Source: Euprymna scolopes
Taxonomy: Eukaryota
Direction: 5' to 3' (one strand)
NCBI GenBank assembly: GCA_053919585.1
Contig: CM132792.1
DNA length: 64,000 nt
The notes under the pieces are model-generated. The model was not told where the DNA came from and searched no databases. It was given only the letters and a program-made list of their open reading frames with translations. Positions 24,720 through 37,959 of this stretch are shown here, in pieces (within the stretch, counting starts at the first letter, position 1; each line of letters starts with the position of its first letter). The position numbers were made by a program, and so were the translations under genes.

Positions 24720-25525
24720 GTTTTATTTTTTATTACCGTATATTTCTGTTAAGTTACATTATTGTTTCAGCTACCCGGCGGTTTTTTGGCCGTTTGTAGC
24801 TTCCTCAGACTTTTACAGAAATGTTCGTTATTATGGGGTGAAAGAGTGAATGAGGTCAGGGGATGCAAGGAGGACGGGGATGTATGTGTACATGTGACCG
24901 TTTCTTTTAAGTATATATGTGTGTAAGTGCGCATGTGTGTGCCCGCGGCCGTTAGCTAACCCTCTCCAAACAATTAACAACAAAATAAAAAACTAAAATA
25001 TAAATAAACCGAATCATAGCCCCCCCCCACCTCCAAACATAAGCGAACACCCAACAGGTCAAGACGTAATACCAAGAAATCATCTCACCAATGAGACGCA
25101 AAAAACTTTAACATTAAGACTCGATTTTTAAAGTAACCCCCCTCCTCCTACCCCCACATATTCCCCTTCCCCTCCATGTATCCCTATGCCCTCGGCCACA
25201 CCAAAAATGAACTTCCCAGACCCTCCCCCACAAGTTTCTTAAACCCCAAAACTAAAACACTACCAACATACCAAGCGCCCCCTCCCCTTTCCCCCTTGTT
25301 CCCTTCCTCTTTCTTCCGCCCTCCTCCCCCCCCCCCCGCCTGACCTCATTCACTCTTTCACTCTTTAATCCCATAATAACGAACATTTCTGTAAAAGTCC
25401 GAGGAAGCTACAGACGGCCAAAAAAACGGCCAGGTAGCTGAAACAATAATGTAACTTAACAGAAAGATACGGTAATAAAAAATAAAACGCATATTTGCTC
25501 TACAACGGTATTGAGCACTTTCTTC
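24719..25525. mobile_element. PLE 3' end with inverted pseudo-LTR, HHR in each arm
   Basis: 24719-24862 inverted to 25338-25489; QEIISPMRRKKL near 25070 resembles a PLE endonuclease C-terminus; (TA)n on the left flank. Confidence 0.85.
24743..24822 (-). ncRNA. Type I hammerhead ribozyme, core intact
   Basis: ATTTCTGT-AA-AAGT CTGAGGA AGCTAC..GTAGCT GAAA CA ATAA TG TA^ ACTT-A-ACAGAAAT. Confidence 0.85.
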
Positions 25526-25565
25526 AGTTTTTATTAATTACCATTTCCACTAAATATATATATAT

Positions 25566-25866
25566 ATGACATAATTACGTTGACACACCGGTTCCCCGTT
25601 AGATCACCAAAGTTAAGCAATGTTGAGACTAGTCAGTACTAAAATGAGGGACTATTTGGAAATTCTATGTGCTATATGTGCTCTCCGCTTAGCTCAGTAT
25701 TGTTTCCAGTCGTCTTGGACTTCTTGTCACTGGACTCAAGCAGTACTGATTCAGGAGAGGTGTGGTTAGGGATTGTGCAACCATTGCCTCACAATTTCAC
25801 GGGCAGCTTCCCTTACAGGCGTTTGACACTTGAGGCTAGTGTCTAGGAGGCATTCAATTTCTCTGT
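25566..25866 (+). mobile_element. 5S rRNA-derived SINE (SINE3-like), family A
   Basis: ACGTTGACACACCGGTTCCCCGTTAGATCACCAAAGTTAAGCAA is a 5S head; non-5S body shared with 33718; 3' GACACT/AGTGTC hairpin. Confidence 0.85.
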
Positions 25867-25954
25867 TTTTTTTTTTTTTTTTTTTTTTTTTTGTTTTTTA
25901 CCAAGATCAACCAAACTCAAATAGTAACTCGATCTTGTTGTGGTGAAACCTCAA

Positions 25955-26495
25955 ATATCAAATTATCCTGCTTTGACAGAGTTCAAAATAGACTTCGTAG
26001 CTTAGTGGGGGATGCCCTTTTCTCTTCTCTGCAACCTCTTTCCCGCAGAAGAGACGTTGCAACTCTGTCTCTGCTTTATCGTTATTTTCATAGCAAGTGC
26101 TCGTCTGAGCTTCAATCTATGGTCCCTCCTTGCCAAACTTTCACGAAAAACACTCGGCTAGCCAAAACCACTCTCAATAATTTCCCACACTCTTTATCTG
26201 TGCCTAAACATAAACGTAGATTCCATGAACAAAGCTTCTTTCTTAGAACTGTACGCCTGTGAAACTCTCTTCCGTTTGCCTGCTTTCCAGCTGACTACAA
26301 TTTGATTGCCTTCAAGTCCAATGTAAACAAGTTCTTAATGAACCTTCCCCCAAAGTAATCCAATTTACACAATTTCCACTACTTAGGATTACTTCGCTAT
26401 AATCCCATTGACTAATGTATACCCATTGACCCTTATCCTCGAGTAGCCTCCGGGCCTTGATAAGTGGTGACTCCTTTGTAAAAAAAAAAAAAAAC
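25955..26495 (+). mobile_element. CR1-group LINE 3' end
   Basis: FDRVQNRLRSLVGDALFSSLQPLSRRRDVATLSLLYRYFHSKCSSEL; 3' UTR and poly(A). Confidence 0.9.
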
Positions 26496-26992
26496 ATGGT
26501 TTGAGTCCTTCATGTATTTAAAACTTTTGGAGGGTTTTTTTTTGCTAGTTTTTATGAGAAACGAGCTTCCACCGCGAGAGCGATGTGCTACAACAACTAA
26601 TGTATATGTTACTGAACGATGCTTTTAAATGTTGGTATCTAAGATTGGGGGAACAGGTATCTATGGATGGTCAGACCTCCATTTTACTATTATAGCTGTA
26701 CGTTACAATAGTTTGCAACTCTTCGATATGATGCTAATAATTCTTTTAAAAATGTAAAACTGATGCAAAAATATGGCGAAAAAAAAAATTCATATTCAAT
26801 CCATTATTTAGATTGCTCAACCTCATCTAAAATTGTAAAGAGAATCTATTTTATTTTTCAGAATATTACTTAATAGTAATTACTTTTGATATTTGATATT
26901 TCTCATATATGTAATGAATAATGTGTGTATTTATGTGTGTGCGTGCATATGTATACATGTTTATATATGTGTGTATACATGTTTGTCTCTCT

Positions 26993-27032
<40 letters not shown>

Positions 27033-27182
27033 TGTGTTTGCATATGTATACGTGTGTTTATATGTGTGTGCATATGTATATGCGTGTATATATATATAGG
27101 TGTGTTTGTGTGTGCATATGTATACGTGTGCATATGTATACGTGTGTTTATGTGTGTGCATGTATGTCTGTGTACATATATA

Positions 27183-27593
27183 CTAGCATTTCAGCCCGGC
27201 CTTGCCCGTGTGTTTGCAGGTGTATGTTAAGCAAAAAAAAAAAAAAGCGCTCAATTTTTTTAAATTTGACCCCTATTATGATCCCTTAACATTTATTGTT
27301 TTGAGGTCAAATCAAGTTATTAAGTTAGATCCATGTCCAAGGAACCTATATCTAAAATTTCAAATGTTTAGACTCAAAATTGGCGGAAGAGTTTGGTAGA
27401 GTTCTCAAAGGTCAAATCGTTGAACTTTGACCCCTTAACAGCTAAATTTCTGATCGGAAACGGATTACAAATATTTTCCCGAATCTCGGTACCCTTTATA
27501 TCAAATTTCGAGTCTACAGACTGAAAATTGACAGTTATTGCATATGAAAATGTACACAGACACAGGTACGTTCACTTTTATATATGTAATAGA
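27183..27593 (-). mobile_element. Non-autonomous Helitron, family H2
   Basis: TCTAT..AAAAGTGAACG start; CACGGGCAAGGCCGGG..CTAG|T end; homologous to 53875, 60820, 61660. Confidence 0.85.
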
Positions 27594-27996
27594 TATATAT
27601 AATTATATAATTACGGAGATCATAATACGGAAATGGCATATCAGTTAGAACTTGTGTATGGATAAAAAAATAATTTTGATGGATGAGTGATTGGAAATCA
27701 GAACATTTCTTTTGCTTGTCAATAGGCTAAAACAATGGACAGGAGAATGAATATTGTTTTAAAAGGAATGTGGTTTCGGAATTTCGTAAAAAAAAAATAG
27801 GAACAGCATTCTGGATAATCGAATTCAAATTAATAATGTAGCCATTCACATGTAATATATTGATGTTGGTATTCTGTAGATGTTTAGCGTACATGAAGAC
27901 GCTCTGATATTATTGTAGCTCTTTTGTTAAAACTGCAAAAGTATTTATCTAAGCTAACAGTAAATATTATGTTTTAATTCTTGTAGATTTCGTATA

Positions 27997-28851
27997 TCTA
28001 TCTATATAATTATAAAATTCAAATGACCTTGTGACGGGTGTTGTAACCCAACGTCCGATTTACAACTTCCGGTTGCACATGCGTACATAAACAAATAATC
28101 AACGTGACAATAAAACGTATTGTTTTACTGTGTGCGTTTTCAGCGTCCCAATTGTTTTTGTTTTTTTTTTCACATTTAAATCATCCAAATAAACAATTGT
28201 TTATACTTTCTGCATTTTTTTACATCATTCATTACTGTATTATGTTTAAGTTATTTAAACGCAATTTTCTTACAAATAAATCTACTTTAACCCGTTGATA
28301 ACCATAAGAGCATTTTACAACGACGATTTACCCACCGCCTTGCTTTTTTTTTTAATTTATTCTCCATTTTTAATACACCTTTCTTAAAAAACATTCATAC
28401 ATTTTCTTCTAGTACCAACATAAATAACCACGAAAATATGCTTTTTTTGAATTTGCATTACAAATAAATAATCAACGCGGCAATAAAACGTATTGTTTTT
28501 CTGTGTATGTTTTCAGCGTCCCAATTGTTTTTTTTTTAAAGATATATCAAAATTTGAATTTAACTTTAAGTATTATGTTATCTGTTCAGTGCACATTTAC
28601 CTATAAGTATGGCAAACCACTTATAATTCAATGGCTGTAAGTTTTTTGTTTGTTTTTTTCAAAAATAAACAATTATAAACAGAACGACTCAGAAATCTAT
28701 CTATATTCTTTTTTTCAATTTTAATATACTTTCATAGAAATGTTTCTGTTATGTTACAAAAACTATTTTCTTTATGTCACAAGTGTCATTGTCATACATT
28801 AATTCCATATCTAATATAACATACTTACCCAACGGGTCACGGGTAGTCTAG
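27997..28851 (+). mobile_element. Non-autonomous Helitron, family H5
   Basis: A|TCTATCTATATAATTATAAAA..CCCAACGGGTCACGGG TAGT CTAG|T; internal about 70-bp direct repeat at 28090 and 28465. Confidence 0.7.
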
Positions 28852-29239
28852 TATTATTATAGATTTAATGTTCTATCGATTTTTATATTTTATAAAGCTG
28901 TGATTTCAAAATAAAAAAAAAATCTATTCATTATGACTTGGGTGCATCAGCTTGAACCGAAATCGAAACCAAATTATATGAAGAATTCTTGGTAAAGTTA
29001 TTTGCAAAAAAATAGATGACTTAAGTTCCATCAGCTATAATCGAAACCGAAATCAAAACTTATGAAGAATTCTTGGTAAAATTATTACAAGAAATGGAAG
29101 TCCTTAACAATTAAACGACAGTCACTCGGATGTAAGCTTGACACACAAAATAAATAACACACGCTATCCTGTTAATATATATAGATAAGAACGATTCATT
29201 CTTACATTTCTTTTGTCTGTTTCGATATCACAACGAACT

Positions 29240-30305
29240 ATTCACTCACCTTCCTCACGAGAACAGAATTAGATACCAAGTTGATATTTATGTGAGAAAA
29301 ATCCAACGTCACAAAAGTGTGTGAGGGGAGGGGGTACTTTGGATTGGATCTATAAGGTTTTTTTTCCTTCACTGAATAAGGACAGAAAAGATTGATTGAG
29401 CAGCCCTATCAGCATTCCCTAGTAGGGGCGCCTCAGGCAGTAAACTATAGATCAGATGCTACACTTTTTTCTCAGTCAAAAGGAAGTCATGTTTTCTAGA
29501 TAACACAGAAACATTTAAAATGTAAATAGAGTTGGATCTTTGTCTCTTACAATGAACATTAAATTCTTTATAATTTCGTGAAAATGACTCAGGTGGGTTG
29601 AATGCAGAAATCCATCGATATTCATTTTATTTAATTTCCCCGCACCTTTGAAAAAAAAAATCGAACGATTATACAACAATGAAAAATCGATTTAAAAAAA
29701 ATGATACTACAGAAGATGCTTTTATGCTTTCTATTCCTAGAAGGTCAGCGAACGTATAATTGATCTACGGCGAAGTTCAGATGTTTTCTAAATGGAGACC
29801 AGATAGACAATAGAAATAATTCCTATAGCAAATTGAGAAGAAATTACAAAGAAGTGCTTGTCATAATAAGTTTTAATATCCAAACATAATACATCTTTCA
29901 TATTAATAAAAAAAAAAAAAACAAGTCTATAATAACTCTTGTTTATATCTACAGTTCAGCCATATTAGTTTTGCGTGTTGAGGAACTTCCGGTAAATATC
30001 AAAAGATGAGCTGAGCGATTTCTGTTGACAAATCTCGATCTATAACTAATTTTAATAGGTGAGAAACTTCAATGCCTAGTAGACACCATTCTCGAGTGCT
30101 TCTGAGGCACTAACTGCCGCGAATCGTTACCTGTATTTACTTCCTTCTCACCGCAGGAAGATGTGACACAAGGTCGAAAAGTGGGAAAAGTCAAGACAGC
30201 GCCCCAAAGGAGGAGCACTCTGGCCTTTAAAAAATAGATTGCTTGGACAGCCCTATCAGGATTGCCTGGTAGTGACGCCTCAGGCAGTAAACTATAAACT
30301 TACTA
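29240..30305 (+). repeat. Two copies of a dispersed repeat (29240-29460, 30135-30305)
   Basis: CAGCCCTATCAG.ATT.CCT.GTAG.G.CGCCTCAGGCAGTAAACTATA in both; ACACAAGGTC motif also near 30955. Confidence 0.7.
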
Positions 30306-31029
30306 TACCCGAAAAAACAAAGTGATCGCAAGAGTAATCCACAAATAATTCAATGGAAAGGGTCGCTACCCTACAACGTGTTAGATGTAACTGTATTTAT
30401 AATCTCTGGCTTAGTCCTTATTTCAAAACTAGATATATCAGCTTACTCCATAAGAGTTCACCAGCGTTTCTTCAGAATATCAGCAGGATTGTGAAGTGTA
30501 TGACTTATCAATGTTCTTGCACCATATTTCACTCGCTATGGTACAGGGCAATGCTTTCGCAATCATTGTGGCTGGTGAGGGGTCCGGCAGAATACCCCCT
30601 TCCAAGATGTCCCACTCTGAACTACAACCTATTATGTATTTAAAAAAGGATTATTTATTGCTTGAATCTAAATAAGTTAAATATCTTGATAAAAAAATAA
30701 ACTCTATCTTTTAATCGTGGATGTAGTTATTATTCTTATCTATGATTTCTTTGCAGAGAGACAAAGAAACATGTGACCACAGTTAGTATATACCCGGTTT
30801 ATGGAAATGGTGGTACGCGAACCTAGAATCATTAAGAGATCATGATTAGGTGGATTTTTGGATCAAGAGACCAGGATCAGGCAGTTGGATGCTACATCGA
30901 TTGTTTGTGTTTTTGTTTTTAATTACTTGCCTCCCCACGAGGGTAGAGTTAAACACAAGGTCGGTTTTTAATATAGGAAAAATCCAGCACCCAAAAAGGG
31001 CACCCTGGATAGGAACAAAAATAAAAATT

Positions 31030-32143
31030 GTGTCACTCATTTCTCTCTGATCGGTTCATAATAGTAGTTGATGGGCAGAAATCAGAAGCTCACAGTATTA
31101 ATGCTGGAGTTCCTCATGGGGTCCATCCTGGGCCCAACTTCTCTTCCTAATTTACATTAATGATCTTCCAAATCACATCCCTACATCATTCGTAGACATT
31201 TATGCTGATGACACTACCATCTATGGTAGCACATCTAAGACCGTAAACGACCAAGTTCTCTCCGATTCTCTCTCCTCTGATCTTGAGCACGTGATACAAT
31301 GAGAAAAGGAGTGGCTGGTTACTTTTAATGCATCTAAAACCAAGCTTTTATCTTTACATCATCAACGCTCTGATCCCCATCTGGCATCAATTGAAATAGA
31401 TGGCTCTTGTCTTGGGGAGGCCTCATGTTTTGAAAAGCTTCTAGCTTGACCTTTACTCCTGATCTTAAATGGAACACATACATTAAATTTGTTGCCCAAG
31501 CCGTTGAAAAAATGGTGGAATCCTTCTATCGATCCAGTAGATATCTCACTGCTGATGCAATTCTCTATCTATATAAGAGCCAAGTTCGTCCAAGGATGGA
31601 GTACTGTTGCCACATCTGGGCAGGAGCTGCTAGAAAGGACTTATCCTGCCTTGATATAGTTCAAAATAGACTTCGTAGCCTCATAGGGGATGTCCTTTTT
31701 TTCTTCCCTGCAACCTCTTTCTCACAGAAGAGATGTAGCGAGTTTGTCTTTGCTTTATCATTATTTTCATGGCAAGTGCTCGACTGAGCTTCAATCTATG
31801 GTCCCCTCTCGCCAAACTTTCACAAGAAACACTAGACTAGCTGAAAACACTATCAATAATTTCCCACACTCTTTATCTGTGCCTAAACCTAAACGTAGAT
31901 TCCATGAACCAAGCTTCTTTCTTAGAGCTGCACGCCTGTGGAATTGTCTTCCGTTTTCCTGCTTTCCAGCTGACTACAATATGGTTGTTTTCAAGTCCAA
32001 CATAAACAAGTTCTTGATAAGCCGTTCCCCTTAAGTTAACAAATTTACTGAATTACCATTACTGACAATTACTATATTGTCCAATTGACTACTGTACACT
32101 CTTTAGTGGTGATGCCTATGTAAAAAAAATAAATAAATAAATA
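31030..32143 (+). mobile_element. CR1-group LINE RT and 3' end (longest copy)
   Basis: INAGVPHG..LGP.LFLIYINDLP..IYADDTTIY..WLVTFNASKTK..YCCHIWAG..ARLWN; A-rich tail. Confidence 0.95.
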
Positions 32144-33312
32144 AGAAATGGATTTCTTTTCCATTGATCGAGGACAGAAAAAGTGAAGTGTAGTATCTGT
32201 TTTGATACTACATTAAGTAGCCAAAGGGCTAAGGAATGTTCGCTCGTGTTTTTGTTGCGAGTAAAAAAGTCTGCTCCAGCTTATGTGAAGAGCAAACGTC
32301 TCCATCGTTGGTGAAGAAAACAAAATAATCCGGCTCAAGTGCGTGCTCTGTTAATTTGAAATAATTTATGTGACCAAAATATGAATTAATTACCTAAATA
32401 CATCTTTCACTCATAAATTATAAATATATGTTTCAATTAATCTACCAATAAGTGGGATTTTCTTAACCGCATTCACGCATTCGTTTACATTTCTTAATTT
32501 CCCTTGAACTATGAATTAATTCGCAAATCAATTTAAATTAATTCTGTTCAATGACTGTTTAGCCAAAGGGTTGATATGCCAGAAAAAATCCAAATGAAAC
32601 TATTTTTTTTTTTATTGTGAATTTTCACTCTACTTCAACTATTAACGTTTGACCATCCTAGCAGAACGGCATACTGATTAAACGTATGAACAAGCCATTG
32701 TCTTCATTATCGATAAGGTATTCAACTGGGAAATCATCTAAGTACACATATTGGTAGATTCTCAATGCAGCATCCGCCATTTTGAAAATTGGAAAAGTTT
32801 TCGCAATACATTTCACTTTGCAGATTCAGAATCTGACGTCAAATTATTTTAATGAGCTTGTTCCATTTTTAAAAAAAAAGAAATTATCTTCTTTCCACTT
32901 CGTACATTTTTGTTTTACTTTTTTTCTGTTTTTTATTAATGTTCTTCCATTTATTTTTATTTTTTCCAAATTCTTTCAGTTTGTTTATGTTTTGGGGTTT
33001 TTTGTTTGTTTGTTTGTTTGTTTATAATAATTTTCCCCCAAGTTTTCATCTTTTCCTTTTTTTTTTTATTTACTTTTATTTTTTATACTTTTATATTAAA
33101 CATCTTTTTCTTTTTTTCTTTCGACTGTGTTTTTTTAATGTGTCAAAGATAGCAATAACGCACTCATCTACTTTGGGTTCGAGATTATAAATATGATCTT
33201 ACAAATTACCCCACTTTTATTTCTTCATTAGGTCACACCACCGCCTCTCAGTTTCGCAATGATTATCCTTTCAAGTTATGATCCGGACAATCATCCTACC
33301 TCTTTCTTTCTC

Positions 33313-33388
<76 letters not shown>

Positions 33389-33717
33389 GAAACATTTTTA
33401 CTTGACTCTCCTCCTCACTTTCTTTTTGCTTCCTCATCTTGTCTTTTTTTTTAAAATGTCACTTTTTTTTCTCTGCACCATTTCGCATTTTTAAAACTTT
33501 AATATTAGAGCAGATATTTTTACATTCAGTTGCATAACTTCAGGATCTCCAAATTCTTACTTTCTAACAATTCGCTCATTCTAAAAAACATATACAAATC
33601 ATCAATGTTTGGTGCATTTTAGGTCAGGAAGTCGGTATCTTCCGCCAGCCTGATCTGGTAGCACCAGGGATAGTTTTGGAGAAAAAAGAAAAGAAAAAAG
33701 GTGTGTTTGCTGAATGA

Positions 33718-33960
33718 TAAAGCATAATCACGTTTGAGACATCGGTTCCTGTTATATCACCGAAGTTAAGCAGCATTGTACCTGGTCTGTATTTAAATGG
33801 GTGACAATTTGGAAATACCAGATATTGTATGTGCTCTCCGCTTATCTTGGCATTGCTTCCAGTTGCCCAGGATTTCGCCTTGCCACTGGAATCCAAGCAG
33901 TGCCGATTCAGAAGTATGGTTGAGGATCGCAGTTACATGCACAACCAGCCTCACAGAGGG
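33718..33960 (+). mobile_element. 5S rRNA-derived SINE, family A
   Basis: ATCACCGAAGTTAAGCAGC..ATGGGTGAC..TGGAAATACC; body TGCTCTCCGCTTA as at 25680. Confidence 0.85.
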
Positions 33961-34183
33961 TATCCATTGTCTCTCAAGACTGAACGGAGACGATGATTAC
34001 TGGATCTTCATGTATCAGGTCTGTTTTTGCAGACGTCAATGATCATGGCTCTTCAATCTCTTCTGCATTCGATTCTTACAATAAGATTTATCGTTGCGCA
34101 TCTCATGCTCTTGGTGAGACCATCCGTGAACTTTTTTCTCTGTTTTCCCCTGCTTTTCTTGCTAACGGTTTTCCTAACATTAA

Positions 34184-34980
34184 ATACGTTCGTATTATTT
34201 GGATTCATCAAACTACTGTTCCCATCTTTAATGCCATTTTCACACATTTCGATGTAACCTCCGACCTTCTTCAGATGTATCTTGTTGAACTCGGGAATGT
34301 TTCTCTCGAACTCGGGAATTTGGTCGGAATTTCGAATGGAATCTTTTATTTACTTCATGGAGGTAGCATGCTCTTGTTATGTCAGTCATGACTGGATAGA
34401 GTTTTTTATTTTGTTTTTTTTTACATAGGCATCACCACATATCAAGCCCCAGAGGGCATTCGAGGATAAGGATTAAAGAGTGTACAGTAGTCAAATGGAC
34501 AATATAGTAATCGATAGTAATGGAAATTTGGTAAATCTGTTAACTTAAGTTGAACGGCTCATCAAAAACTTGTTTACGTTGGACTTGAAGACAACCATAT
34601 TGTAGTCAGCTGGAAAACAGGCAAACGGAACAGAGTTCCACAGGCGTGCAGCTCTAAAAAAGAAGCTTTGTTCATGGAATCTACATTTAGGTTTAGGCAC
34701 AGATAAAGAGTGGAGGAAATTATTGATAGTGTTTTCAGCTGGACGAGTGCGCAATTGTATTTTTTAGTCGCCCACACTGAGAAGTGAACCTTCAATCTTA
34801 AGGAGAATATCACATTTACAAGTGATTTTTTTAAGTACTCTAACCACTGCCCCACAGGTTCTTGCAGACAAAACTTTGTGAAAATGACACATAAGATGAG
34901 AACAGTAGTCCAATGAATCCAAATAATACGAATAGTCAATCGTCATTTCAAAAATTCAGAAACGTAATATCAAATATTTT
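34184..34980. mobile_element. P1 pseudo-LTR arms (34184-34400 minus, 34865-34980 plus) around a CR1 3' end (34403-34745 minus)
   Basis: CGTATTATTTGGATTCAT inverted to ATGAATCCAAATAATACG; CR1 peptide HSLSVPKPKCRFHEQSFFFRAARLWN. Confidence 0.75.
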
Positions 34981-35069
34981 CTCATACTGTTTCCGATAGC
35001 AAAATCCTTCTTAACAGCATCTTCACAAACAGAAACATAAAACTAAGCACAAAAAAGAGAATCTTAAAG

Positions 35070-35166
35070 ACATACATACTCTGGACCGTTTATGGAAGAA
35101 CTGAGGCATCTCGACAAGAAGACTAGGAAACTTATGACCATGCACAATGCACTACATCTAAAGGAT
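35070..35166 (+). pseudogene. R4/Dong-clade LINE fragment
   Basis: YSGPFMEELRHLDKKTRKLMTMHNALHLKD. Confidence 0.7.
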
Positions 35167-35787
35167 GGAACTTTAGACAATTCTCAACACAAATTTTGCA
35201 TAACTCTGTTTTTTTTCCTTCTCCACTTGTATGTGGCACTCTTTCGAAAATAGATAAATAGGTAAATAATAAAAAATAAGAACGTTACTTGTTATCGTGT
35301 CAAAAGAAGGAAAAAATCCTGCTCACGTGATTACGTGTCTTTTTAAAAACATTTACATAACCTTTTTATTTTTATTTATATATCTGTTTAAGCTTTTTTT
35401 TTGTCAGTGTACTAGAAGGAATTCAGTTGATTACAACCCTTTCTGCGTGTTCTTTACATTACAATAGTACAACCTTGAATCCGACGGCGGAATACTATAC
35501 CGTTCAATACTGTAAACCTGAAACGAAGCTGTTCTGCTTGAAAAGGGCGCCATTTTCTTCCTATTCATATTTATATCGATTCTTTGCTTTAAAAAAGTAA
35601 AGTAATTACGTGTTTACTTTTTTAATATCCCATTTTGCTGTTTCGGATTATTTTACTAAAGTAAGTAAAGCTTCATTATTTTTCAAAACTGTTTTTGTTT
35701 CTTTGGTTTTCGATATTTCGTCGATATTATTTAGTAAGAGTGTTTAGCAGAAAAGCCAACAAACGAATACCCGAAAAAATAAATATA

Positions 35788-36228
35788 CAAGAAATAAATG
35801 TTACCATAGTCAATAAAGTTCAATTCATGTTTTTTTTTGTTTTGAAATAGCTTTTAATGCACTTTACTTGAAACAATTACAGCGAACCGAAATTAAAACG
35901 ATATTTGAGGCGATAACTACTTAAATGAATTTTTATTTAAACTACACATGCCATAATCGAATATTCCTCAGGCACAAAACATTAAAATATGTTTATAAAT
36001 ATTCCTTACATTGACGGAATTCTCTTAAATTGTTAACACAGAATGCTCAGGTGCCCCTCCTTCAAATTGAAAACTGGGTTCTCCATTTCAAAGTCGCTGC
36101 CATTTTGATTTTTTTTAAACCGGTTCGTGAATTAAAAAAAAATTTACAAACTACTCAAAAATACAAACCAATGAACTTTTTCTACCACAAAAGTAACTTT
36201 TATTGACTATGGTAACATTTATTTCTTG
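35788..36228. mobile_element. Tc1/mariner-type MITE, 441 bp
   Basis: Perfect 30-bp TIR CAAGAAATAAATGTTACCATAGTCAATAAA, TA on both flanks. Confidence 0.88.
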
Positions 36229-36392
36229 TATATTAATATTATTATAATATAAAATTTTCTTTTTGTAAGGAAACATTATTTTGTTGGTCACTCTTGGCTA
36301 CGAATGGAAACAAAGTTGATATAAAAAAATATATTTTCGCGAAAATTATCTTTACTTTCATCATATTTTGCTTAGGGTAAAATTTTTGAGCA

Positions 36393-36506
36393 TCAAAACC
36401 TATCTCTTTACAACCCCCTCCTTTTCATAACCTATCATACTTTCATCAATCAGTCCATTTTCTGTAGGCTGTTTTTGAACCCAGTCAACGACGGGTACTT
36501 CTGCTA

Positions 36507-36507
<1 letters not shown>
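36393..36507 (+). mobile_element. Helitron H4 3' end fragment
   Basis: CCCAGTCAACGACGGG..CTAG|T; reverse complement of 45513-45620. Confidence 0.85.
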
Positions 36508-36564
<57 letters not shown>

Positions 36565-37011
36565 TACAGGATTTTCGTAGTCGGGTCCAAATAGCAAACC
36601 ATCTAACATTTACATATCTGATTTAGACCAGCTTTTCTTCTTTTTTTTTCAGTTTTTCCTGACTATATTATTGTTAGCAGGAATATATTTTATTTTGCTT
36701 CCGTGTTTTGTTTTTTGGGGGTTTTTTTTGGGGGGGGGGGTTCTTAAAATACTTATTCCGGAAGTTAAAATTTTTAGAGTGGAAAGTTTTCCCTTACTCA
36801 CCAAATATTCTTTTTACAGAGTAAAGGGAAGTAATCGTGCTATTTATTTATATATTATTTACATATTATCATATTATTTCCACAGCTTACCTTGTCTTGT
36901 TTTGCTGGTATTTAGCACTGTTCGTTATTGTTAGTCGTTCGATGCATAGTTCATTAAAATGTCCGTTTCTTTGTTCCTTTCGTTATTTGCTACTTCATCT
37001 GTCACTATGAA

Positions 37012-37828
37012 GAAGGCCAGAGAGTATAGTAGTTTTTAAAATATAAAGGCAAATAAAATGTTGTAGAAGAAGAAATGACTTAAATAAGCGGCAGCACATC
37101 TGTTTGGCCTGTCAGGTAACGGAATCGAGGAAAGAAAAAGAAGTAACACAAAAACAGGAGTTTGCAAACTGTCCTTCTTCAGATGTCACTCTGCATTATT
37201 TTCATGGCGTGTTACTCTGTTGGGAACATTGTCTGGTGAAAGACGATCTATTATTGGTACATCGATAGATTTCGGATTTAATAAAACAGGATTTTGGAAG
37301 GAGTCAGTGTTGGATTTTTTTAAACCCAACTTCATTTATTACTGAATGTTCACGTTTAAAATAATGAGCAGCCGTTGGAGATTTTGGAATTTTGAATCAG
37401 AATTTTTGGAATCTTAAAAGTCAGAGTCGGACCTTAAAATCTTCTACTCGCCTCTCAGCCTTACTAAAAACATTGACAGAACTAACGCTGTGTAATCAGG
37501 AAAGGAAAACTGATAAAATTCCTCTTCACTTAAACCGTAATTCACAAAACCAACCCTCAACTTCCAATGTTTTCTCTCAGCTGTCAAACACTCAACTCTT
37601 TGTTCTCCCCCAATGTGTCCTTCTTAGAGCAGCTAATCCCCTCATATGCAAATTAATGCTACATATGAACCAAAGCTTTTTTGCTTCTTTTTCTTTACCT
37701 GGTTCTGTCACCTGACAGGCCAAACAGATGTGCTGCCGCTTATTTAAGTAGTTTCTTCTACTACAACATTTTATTTGCCTTTATATTTTAAACGACACTA
37801 GTTTAAATTACTATATTCTCTGGCCTTC
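37012..37828. mobile_element. Element with about 115-bp terminal inverted repeats
   Basis: TTAAATAAGCGGCAGCACATCTGTTTGGCCTGTCAGGT (37080) is exactly inverted near 37710-37747. Confidence 0.8.
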
Positions 37829-37959
37829 AGATATTTTCTGAAAAATTTGTTGCATTAACTCCCCTTTAAGAGAAGAGGGGAAATCATAAACAATGCAATA
37901 GAATTTGAATTCTAGCTACAATCTTTTACAGTAGCCTCCTTATGAGAAAAGATTATATA

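Noticed and set aside
25566-25680. Functional 5S rRNA gene, also 33718 and 57898
   Set aside because: Heavily diverged, no T-run terminator at the 5S end, and continues into a shared SINE body
26893-27289. Overlapping YIYI/VCVC ORFs, also at 2087, 4609, 24616, 52790, 59975
   Set aside because: Translations of (TA)n and (TG)n microsatellites
33993-34391. 132-aa ORF as a host gene
   Set aside because: The second half is the antisense of the P1 repeat; no recognisable domain
37392-37715. 107-aa ORF as a transposase
   Set aside because: No DDE or other motif seen; non-ATG start
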